A stretch of DNA of 64,000 nt. Origin: Amoebophrya sp. A120 (lineage: Eukaryota; Protista; Dinoflagellata). The stretch covers positions 9,865,979 through 9,929,978 of the forward strand of contig CAJINV010000003.1 of the NCBI GenBank assembly GCA_905178155.1, in the 5' to 3' direction. The notes below the pieces were generated by a model that worked only from the letters and a program-made list of their open reading frames with translations, had not been told where the DNA came from and searched no databases. Position 1 is the first letter of the stretch, and every line of letters starts with the position of its first letter. This document shows, one piece after another, positions 35,858 to 44,996 of this stretch. The translations under genes and the position numbers were made by a program.

Positions 35858-37567
35858 CTAATTCATTCTATACCGAGAAGCGCTAGACCGAAATGAGCCG
35901 AATGACACCCACTTCCTGGCTTGCATTGGTGAGTAACTCGCAACAGCTGTAAACATGAAACCACTCGACACATCGGACCAGCAATCGAAATCAAGTACGG
36001 ACAGCACAGAAATGGGGGATGAATGCCTGCACGCTATCCGGCAAAAAATCCATTGTGAGTGAATACCTCCCGGGTGCTGCTCTACAGTCATGTATCGCAG
36101 CGCGACCGTGGGTGCGTCAGATGGCTCACTTCCCTTTAGATGTAGAAAGAATCCATGGAGACGTCTTCTGGTCACACTTGTGCCCTCTGCAAAGTGCGGC
36201 AATATTTTTTGCAATTTCTGGACGGCAGCGCTTGCGTCGATTGTGCCGCCTCTGAGCCAGGAGCACGGAAGCACACCCTTGGAAAAGCCAACTCCCTGGT
36301 GCTGCGCGACGTCATAGACGAGAAGGTCCCCGCTCGCCAGAAACATCGAAAGAAAAACCGGCCCTCCTGCGGTCCAATGGTCCGCGGACAGCCACGCAAT
36401 ACGATCAGCGCGTCGCAGTACGCCCGGGGGTAGGTGCCACCGCACCACACAGGATGTCAGATCTAGCAAAAGCACTTGCTGTCTGCTGGTAGCAACGAAA
36501 ACGTGCTCGGAAAAGCTGTTGTTCGAAGAAGTAGCCAAGTGCGCGACTGTGCCGGAAACTTGTTCATGCAGCGCGCAGTGTAGTTGCGCGGCTCCTCTAC
36601 TCCGTGTGTTGTGGTTTTCCTTCTCCTGCCACATGCCGTTGGTCGCATTGTTTGGCTCTGACTCACCATTTTCACGGCCCATTGCATCTAGAAAAAAATT
36701 CGGCTCGGTAAGATCCCGAACTCCTGCACGGTTTGCGGAAGCGAATATCAACTTGGAGTCGCTGCCCCACAGCGAGAGACTCTGCCCATCGCATGCGGCA
36801 ACCGCCCGATACGACACGGCTACCGTACCGTCTCGCGCCCCAAAAGCCAAGTGGAGGCGTCCACTTGCGTCCAGATGCGCGACGTAATTTTTCCTCAAGG
36901 CGACCCACTGCACGGCGCTCCGCAACTGGGGCACTCCCGCAGCTCGGTCTCCACCAATGATTGCGGGCACGTCAAATTCGCTCCTTCCATACGCGCTTGT
37001 TGCGCACTGCGGCACCGCGTGCTCCCCTTCGAGAAGCGTGATGCCCGACTGAAGTCCGGTCGTGACATTTGCGCGCGTAAAGGTTTGCTCGCGGTAAAGG
37101 CGCACCGTGCTGGCCTGGCGCCACAGAGATGCGTCGACGCTGCCCGTCATAGTTGTCCCCACTGCGGTGAGCAACACCTCCTGCTGCCGCACCAACTCGC
37201 AGTCTAGGGCTACGGTCTCGACCGGCTCGGGTAGGGAAATTTCCTCAAGGAATTGCCATTCGCCTGGGTGCGTCGCGTCCGCGAGTCGTGTGCTTGGATT
37301 GTAGAGAAAGACCCGCAGCACGTCCTCCACCACGGCTGCAACCAGCACGTCGGCGCGGTTTGACTTGGGAACAACCGCACAGAAATCACGCACCCGGCCG
37401 AGCAGCGGCTCGCCAGCTGTGAACCAGGTCTCGTGCGGCAAGTTGCTTTCGCGGGTGGCGGTGTTGAAGCTGTGTGCCGTGGTCGATGTCTCCTCCAGTA
37501 AAGCCCGCAGGGGCGGATCCAGCGTGTCCCGCGCCAGCTGGAGGCGGATTTCCTGCAGTCGGGCCAA
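35858..37567 (-). CDS. Hypothetical protein of at least 569 aa (beta-strand-rich, possibly a degenerate beta-propeller); 5' exon(s) not found
   Basis: Long ORF with ordinary composition and repeated strand-like motifs (LRVFLY, QVLLLDL, DLLVYDV). Starts at a non-ATG codon next to a GC-rich insert. Confidence 0.7.
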   Translation of the reverse strand: MARLQEIRLQLARDTLDPPLRALLEETSTTAHSFNTATRESNLPHETWFTAGEPLLGRVRDFCAVVPKSNRADVLVAAVVEDVLRVFLYNPSTRLADATHPGEWQFLEEISLPEPVETVALDCELVRQQEVLLTAVGTTMTGSVDASLWRQASTVRLYREQTFTRANVTTGLQSGITLLEGEHAVPQCATSAYGRSEFDVPAIIGGDRAAGVPQLRSAVQWVALRKNYVAHLDASGRLHLAFGARDGTVAVSYRAVAACDGQSLSLWGSDSKLIFASANRAGVRDLTEPNFFLDAMGRENGESEPNNATNGMWQEKENHNTRSRGAAQLHCALHEQVSGTVAHLATSSNNSFSEHVFVATSRQQVLLLDLTSCVVRWHLPPGVLRRADRIAWLSADHWTAGGPVFLSMFLASGDLLVYDVAQHQGVGFSKGVLPCSWLRGGTIDASAAVQKLQKILPHFAEGTSVTRRRLHGFFLHLKGSEPSDAPTVALRYMTVEQHPGGIHSQWIFCRIACRHSSPISVLSVLDFDCWSDVSSGFMFTAVASYSPMQARKWVSFGSFRSSASRYRMN

Positions 37568-38639
37568 ATGCGCACTGCGTCTTTCTGATTTCGTGCCCGC
37601 CGTCCCCCCAGCATTGGCCCGCGTCCTGTTGGTAGCGCATCACACCGAGGAAAAGAAAGCTAGCACACCAATGCTAAACCTGCTACGCAAAAAAAGCGAG
37701 CGGCATGGGCCCGCCCGCATTCCTGCACAAGTGCCAAAAAAAAACCGCCAAGGCGGAAATAGTGCGGCCAGTGGCGATCTGAATCTCCTTTCCTGGTCTG
37801 AATCAGCAAAATGTTTGCGACGGCAACACCTACAATTGCGCCAAGGCGGGGTCGTTCAGCGGCCAAGCAAAACCGGAGGAGGCGCTTGGCACTTTTTCAT
37901 GCCTCGAGACGCCCTCTAGGCTTCGGAACTCCCGGTCGTTTTGCTGTCTCACTGCCCGGAAAGCTGCCCGCCCCGAGATCTTCGGCGACCGTGCTACGGA
38001 CCAGCAGTCCCCTCCCCCTTCGCCGGTCGGGTAGTTTTCGCTATACAAATTTCAAGCGTCACTGCGCTAGGTCTAGAAGGATCAAAAAACAGCCGGGGGC
38101 GTCCAGCAATTGGCGCGCACACGTGGCCGACCATCACAACTGGCAGAGAACGCGTCGCCCTTGCGCAACGCAACATGCCGCGAGGCACCACCACCATTTT
38201 TTTGGGCCCTTGCCGCACCTTCTGAGTCTGTGGGGCCTATGGCGCCGCGACAGTTGTTGCGCCCGCTATGTACTCCTTCCTACCCGCGTGCTTGTTTGAT
38301 TTCGTTCGCAAGGCGTTCGCGATTGTTTATCGCCCGTGACTTGCTGAGGCTTTTGCAATCGGCGCAAAGCCTGGTGAAGGAGCAGTGTGGCGAAAAGTCG
38401 AAGTTTGAACGAAACAGCTCCGCGCCCGCGCGTGGCGTTGTTTTGGCGGCCCCCTCGTAGGACGGGGCAAAGTCCAGCCCAGTTCGTTCGCCCTTTATTT
38501 TAGCGAAGCCGCTGTTCGCTGCTCCTGAAGGTTCCAGCATATTTCCCAGCTTCGAGACCTCCTGCAATTTCGCTTGGTCGGCGCTTCGTTTGTATGGCGG
38601 ATCAAACTCCGAACCAAACTTGGCGGTCACGGTCAAAAA

Positions 38640-38940
38640 CAGGCTCGGCTCTCCTGCCCAAACTTAACTCCGAGCTTGAGACCCAAGCCTCGGCGTAAAG
38701 CTGACGGCCCAACCCCAGCGCGAGGCCGATGCGCAGCACCCAACTCAAACCTGAGACGGAGGCTCCGGCCTAAAGCTGAGGCACAAGCGAAGACTCGCCC
38801 TGCAAACCGACGCTGAGACTCGAACTCCGGCTCGAGGCTGGCCCCACACTCCAGCTCGAGCCCGAGACCCAAGCCCGAAGATGAGCTCCGACTCCAGCTC
38901 GAAGGCGAAACGCGACCCCAAAGCCCATACCCCATCTAAG
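38640..38940. repeat. Degenerate hexamer-period repeat (RRCYCR-like)
   Basis: ..cagctc gagccc gagacc caagcc cgaaga tgagct ccgact ccagct.. Confidence 0.55.
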
Positions 38941-40007
38941 TCCCGAAATGTTTTGGTTCTGGAATGTAGTTGCAGTACAAGGAACAGACACTTTCGGTGT
39001 CAGATACCCAATCGGCAACGATAGCTTTCTTCTGTGACGTATACAAGCCAGCAGCGAAGAAAAAAGTAGCCTTGCCGCTACTAATTTCCTCCTTGACATA
39101 ATTCGTCGCCAACAATTGAAGCCACTTGTGCGAAGGCCGGCCTCGGTCTGGCCACGACATATGCAGCGACGTTAGAGCAATTTTATGCAAGAAGTTCCAA
39201 CTTGGGTCCGGATCCCTTCCATCAAAGTTTTTTCATGGTGCTGCCCCTAACTGGAACACGATCGCCGCAAGTTCTTTCTTTTCGAGGTTCACAAAGCCCA
39301 GCTCCCCACAAGATTTGGCTGCGGTGGAGGAGTAGAAGCTTACAATGGAACGCCTTCGCCCCGAGCAGACGAAGCATCTGGCGCAAACGGCGCGCGCAAA
39401 ATTGCAGCCCCGCCGCCACGTCTTTGGCTGCTAGACTGTGGGCGTCTTTCGTGTCCGTTCGACGAGTTGGGCGCCAGGCGATGCCAGGGCCTTGGACTTC
39501 GAAGAGCCAAGGCGCCGCCCCCGAAAAGAACGCCCACCGCGTCAAAAAAAGCAAGCGCGCTACGTTTCTCCTGCTCACCACCGCACGCCCCGCCCGCAAA
39601 GGCGCCTGCGAATGCTCTCGGAGGCATTAACTTCATGGCGGCCGATAGCTGACAAGCTGGCGCCGCGGATCGCGATCCGAGACCACGAGAAGGCGGGCAA
39701 GGAAGTGCGCGCGCGCCTCCTCGGCCTCGCGCGGGCGTTCGACACCGCCCCGCGCACGCTAATCGCGCAAGCGCTGCAGCGCTGCGAAGTGCCGCAGCGC
39801 ACGCAGGGCCGGCCTTGGGCCCGGTGCGACGGGCGCGGTTTCGCGATAAAAAGGAAGGGCGGGCGCGGAAACGCAAAACACGACGGGGCTACGCGCGCGG
39901 GCCGCCATTCGAAGGCGCGCCAATTGGCAGACTCCGGCGCGCGCAGAAGCGCGCGGCGCGATATTGCAGGCGGGCCCGCGAAGGGTCTTGGGCGCCTCGG
40001 CCGGCAA

Positions 40008-40072
40008 TAACAATGCTGGCACTGGTGCGCAAGCGCATGGCGTAACAATGCTGGCATTGGTGTGTAGGCGCA
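40008..40072. repeat. Two tandem 35-bp units TAACAATGCTGGCAYTGGTGYGYARGCGCATG
   Basis: Direct inspection. Confidence 0.7.
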
Positions 40073-41522
40073 TGCAATGCGCTTGCGCGCCACATGCTCA
40101 GCCTGTGGGCCGGCTTACTTTCGTTTGGAGCGTAGCGCTAGCGTAGAGAGGCACTAGTACTAGAGTAGTAGCCAGGGGGAGAGAGGAAGGGAGTAAGCGA
40201 CAGAGGCACCAGAGGGATGCTCGTTGGTTGAGGGTGTCGATGGTTCTCGACTGGTCAGGAACTCCATGCGGATTCGTGAGATGCTTACTGTTTCCGCACT
40301 GTAGGTTGACGGTATCTGTTTGGTGGTTCGAGGAGTGCGATCCTCGTGGTCCGACGTACCTGCCGACCTCGGAGCGCGTTCCCAGGTCGTAGCTATTCAA
40401 CAGGCAAGGTAGGCCGCCGGGGGGGCGGGGGGGGGAGTGGTTTGCTGGGAGCGGGCGGCGGCCGGGCGAAGCCGCCCGGGTGCTTCGCCTAGGACAAAAG
40501 CCTCGCGCCGGCCGGGGGCGCCGGCGATTCCCCGGGGCCGCCTGCTTGCGCCGGCCCCCCGCCGCGCGCCCAGCCGCCAGCGTTCCGCCTTTGCCGGGCC
40601 GGCCGCGCCTCCGGCCGCCTTTTTCGGCGCCGCGGCTGTGCGCTAGCTTTTGACGGGGCCCGCAAATCGGCGGCCCTTTTTCTGGGCCTGCTTTTTGGGC
40701 CTCGTTTCGGGCTGCTGTTTTTTCGGAATTGCGGCAAAGTCGCGCGATAGGGCCAGTGCTGCTCCGTGCGGTTCTGCAAAATTTGCGGGGCCGGAAAAAA
40801 GTAAAACGCTCGGGAAAAACTGACCCACGGAGCCTGGCAAAAAGAAAACAGCAAAAAAAAATAAAAAAGGCCCCAGAAAATACCCTGAAAAAATTACGCA
40901 AAAAACAAGCGCCCAAAAATTCCCACAGGAAAACTGCGCCGCAAAAGGCGGCTGCTTCAACGCATGCAAAAAGCGGCCCCCGAAAACCAGGCCGCGGCGG
41001 CCTGGGGCAAGGATATTGAAAAACTAACTACTGTTTCTTCACGATCGGAATGCGAAACACGACGAGAAACGGGTAGAACAGTTCTTCTTTACCGCTCGAG
41101 AACCTCGACAGGAGGATCAACCACTGCTAGATTTTTGATTGGGAAGTCTTTCCGACTCGGTGGACAAGTATAAACTTGAGCCAACCGGTCGGATAAAATA
41201 GAGAATTGCGCACCTGCAGTTCGTGAAGTGTTCGCGTTTTGCTTTTCCAGCAACTGTTTTTCTTTCCCTCTTGAAACAAACGAAATCCAAACAAAAGTTC
41301 CCGAAATAGGCCTACTTCCCTCAGGTGTGAAACAAACAAAAATAGAATCTTTCATAGCATCGAATAAAGTCTCTCTTCTGCTTCTGGACTCGAAGAAATA
41401 CAGGCGCAAATACGATGGCCGGTCATAGTCACGTTCTGAATAAGCATCGAAAAAACAGCGAGGAAACCCTAACCGAAGGAATACTCGAAGCAAAGGTAGA
41501 AAAGGTAAAAAGTTCTCTCTTA

Positions 41523-41674
41523 AACCCGCATGCTGGGGCGATCGGGACAGCGATAAGCATCCCGAAGCCGCATGCTATGATCGAAGTTCTCTCGTTTTTT
41601 TAAAGAAACCCGAACCCGCATGCTGGGATGGTCGGGACAGCGCTTAAGCAACCCGAAGCCGCATGCTATGGTCG
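41523..41674. repeat. Two ~60-bp imperfect direct repeats (AACCCGCATGCTGGG...CCCGAAGCCGCATGCTATG)
   Basis: Copies begin at about 41523 and 41614. Confidence 0.75.
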
Positions 41675-42410
41675 GGGTAAAGCAAAACCCTATAAAAATG
41701 ACAACGATGAAGCGGATCCCTCTAGAATAGACCTAAAATAGTGAAGACAGGCTTTGTAAGTGCGAAACTGAAAAGACGACTACTGCTAGCACTACAAACA
41801 CCAACAGCCGCGGCAAGGCGACCACATTTGTCTTCTCCCCTGTCATCCACCCGAAACCATTCGCCCGCTGGTTCCAGCACTGCCAAACCACTGCGCCACC
41901 GGTGTCAGTGGTACCGTAGACGCCACCAAAACCGCCCGAATTCACCAAAATGCGCGCCGCTTACTAGTTTTTCGATAAGGAGAGGCCGAGTCGCCCCCCC
42001 TCCCCCCAAAACAGGGGGGGCGGACCGAAGCGGCCCCGAAGGTGCGGCGCCGCCTGCGCCGCCCACTTTTCCTCTCCGCGCCCCCCGGGTGCCTGCCTTG
42101 TCGGCCGAGGCTCCCAAGACCCTTTGCGCCCGCGCCCCCAGCCGCCGCCTTTTGCGCTCTGGCGGGGCACACCAGGCCAGGCAAAAGCGCCGCCCCGCCG
42201 GAAGCTTCAGCGGCCTTGCAAAATTACACCGCAGGGGTGAAACGGAAGACTGAAACGAAACAGGTGTATTTTTGCGGAGGGCGATTTTCGCCCTCCGCAA
42301 AAATGCGCCTGGCCTGAAACGAATAAAAAAATTTCGTTTTTCACACCCTCGCTCACTTTTCCGTCCGGAATTCGAGAAATAATTCTCGAATTCCGGACGA
42401 AAAAGTGCTG

Positions 42411-42600
42411 GGTTCTTTTGGTGGCCAGACCACCCCAAAAGAGCCACCAGCTGTTTCCCCAAAGGAACCATTGGTTCCCACAGTACTGTGGGAACCACTG
42501 GTTCTTTTGCTGAAACAACTGGTGGTTCTTTTAGGGGGCGGATCGAAGGCGTTTCCGAGTCAACTCGGAAACGCCTTCGATCCGCCCCCTAAAAGAACCA
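42411..42600. repeat. Cluster of three adjacent hairpins, including a perfect 38-bp stem
   Basis: 42523-42560/42563-42600 perfect IR. 42472-42497 perfect palindrome inside a longer imperfect stem. 42411-42445 short stem. Confidence 0.9.
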
Positions 42601-42639
42601 GTTAATGCAACGCGTCCCCCGACGTCAAACCTAGATCCC

Positions 42640-43115
42640 GTGCGAACATGCAGTACAAATCTGCCTGAAGGACGATTTGCGCTGCACGTTCGCACGGGAT
42701 CGCCGCACTTGCAGTGCAAATCTGCAATGCAGATCTGCACTTTGTGCTGCACGTTCGCACGGGATCGCCGCACTTGCAGTGCAAATCTGCAATGCAGATC
42801 TGCAGTGCAGATCTGCAATGCAAATCCGCACTGCAAATCTGCAATGCAAATCTGCAATGCAAATCTGCATTGCAAATTTGCACTGCAGTGCAAATTTGCA
42901 ATGCAGACTTGCAATGCAGACTTGCAATGCAAATTTACAATGCAAATTCGCAATGCAAATTTGCAATGCAAATTTGCAACGCGCGTCCGGCTTTGCAATG
43001 CAAGTCGAGTTTGCAATGCAAGTCCGAAGCTCAGGTCTGGGCCTACATTGAAAATTTCCAATGCAGCATTGCAAATTTGCAATGCGTATCGGATGCGCAT
43101 TGCAAATTTGCAATG
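42640..43115. repeat. 12-bp minisatellite (AATYTGCAATGC)n with a duplicated ~75-bp higher-order unit at the left
   Basis: Periodic LQIC/NLQC translations. GCTGCACGTTCGCACGGGATCGCCGCACTTGCAGTGCAAATCTGCAATGCAGATCTGCA occurs twice. Confidence 0.9.
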
Positions 43116-43945
43116 CGGGGGGCGCGGAAAGCCGTGGCACAAACCGCACCGCGGACCTGCGGGCCGCGCAGCGAACTGCCCCGGCGGGGGACGAAATAGC
43201 AAAGCGCTGCCCCCGCCCCCCCTTTGAATCCGCATTCAATGGGGGCGCGGGGGGCGGGCGCAAAACTGGCAGCGCCGAACTGGCCTGCATGGCTGCGGCA
43301 AATAGCAACAAAGCACCGCGGCCCCGGCCGGGCGCGGCCTGGCTTCGTGGCGCGCCGCCCGTAGGCTTTCGCAGCTTTCGAGCGGCTTTTGCCGCAGATT
43401 CAACGGGGGCGCGGGGGGAGGGCGCAGAGCCCCAGCGCCCCAAATTCTGCCTCGGCTTAGCCTGAAGAGGCGCCGGGGGCTCGCCTAGCTGCCCTAGACG
43501 AGTTTTCCCCTAGCGCCGCGCCTAGCAGCCGCAGGCGCGCCCGGGCTTCTGGATAGGCAAACCCAAAAGAATGCGGCGCCGCAGGGGGCGCCAGGAAAGC
43601 TCCACCGGCCGCGGCGCCGCCTCGCCCGGGGGCGGGCGGCGATTGCAAAAAGCGCAGGCCCATCGGGCCATGACTAGTATTGATTTACCTTAGTTCAATA
43701 CTAGGGCGCCCCGCCCGCCAAGGGCCCCCAAGGCGCGCCCCAAGTTTGCCAGCAAAATTCTTCCGATTTTGCTGAAGGATTCCGCCTCTTCCGCCTGCTA
43801 GCTTCGCAAGGTCGCGAAGCTGGAAAGCCCGGCCCCCCAGGCCTGCAGGGGAAGAAAACAGGAAGGGCGCGGGGGCCCGTTCTTTCGCTTTCAGAAGTTG
43901 CGGGCCCGGGGCTTTCAGCTCTTCGAGCTTTGGAGCAAGCCGGGA

Positions 43946-44331
43946 TCCAAAACCCACGAACAGGTGGGCAGAAAGAACACCAAAGCCCGGAGGTCGCGAT
44001 CGAATCGCGACCGCGTTGTTGCTTCTTCTCATTCTTTTCCTTTTCTCATTTCCAAAATCCTAAACAGGTTCATGTCGAAATCCGCATTGATTCTTGCATT
44101 GCAAGCATGGCCTCCTGGGGAGACAAACACCCCTTCACCGATGGCAAAGAGCCATCACAGCGCCCCGAACAGCGCAAATACTCTCAGAAACACTCTCAAA
44201 ACCTCAGCAAACACAAGCAAAGCCCTCAACCTCCTCCAAAACCCTCGCAAGCCTCGAAGCCTCGGCGCCGTAACCCAGCGAATGCAGCGGAAGGTTGGAA
44301 CGAATGGCACGAACACACCACAGCCTCCGGA
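43946..44331 (-). repeat. 3' LTR (about 386 bp, element strand TCC...GGA)
   Basis: Matches 47449-47800. The inner boundary is inferred from the adjacent PPT GAGGGGGAG. Confidence 0.8.
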
Positions 44332-44996
44332 CTCCCCCTCGAATTTCCGGAAAGCGTAGCGCCCGGAATTCGAAACGCCTTGCAGCTGCTGAAGAGGAGA
44401 GAAATGCTCCCCGCTAGCACATTTCCGTGTGTAGCGCCGCGAAGTTGTATCGCAAACACCGCTCCCGAGCGCACTTTCGGGGGTGGCCGTTTCCCGATAA
44501 GTGCTGCTGCTGAAAGCACTAACATTCCCCGTCACCGATCCGTTCTGCAGAACCCCGTAAAAATCCACGCCGTTTATTCATTTTCGTATGTCCACCGCAA
44601 TCCTGATTTGCAAATCCCCAGTCGTAAGTGTCGTTCTTTCCCTCGCGCCGCGACCTTGGGCCGCAAATCCCCGTCACCGCAGTCTTGAACTGCACATGCC
44701 CCGAGTACTGCAAGATGTTGTTTGAATACTGCCCGACATGTATAAAGAAACCGCTGCACAGAAGATGAAGATGAAGTTAGTAGCCGCGCCGAACACGAAG
44801 TCAATCTTTTTCGAACTCGAAACAGGTAGTAGAGAGACTTCTTGTAGTTTCGAAATAAAATTGCATCTGTAGACCAAAAAAGCGTAGTGATGATTTTCGC
44901 AACACAAACTGAAACCGTCCGCCACTGGAAGGCGCGAAGAGGTAGTTCTCGAAAATCTAAAATATAGTCGACGTTTGCTGTTTTTCCCGTTTGCAC

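Noticed and set aside
41175-41184. TTGGCTCAAG on the minus strand (and TAGCCATTTTG at 32090-32100) as dinoflagellate spliced-leader relics
   Set aside because: Only 10-11-nt matches, inside coding-like sequence and not upstream of a gene; plausible by chance.
42531-43443. Cys/Gln-rich periodic ORFs (LQIC repeats)
   Set aside because: Translation of a 12-bp minisatellite, open on both strands.
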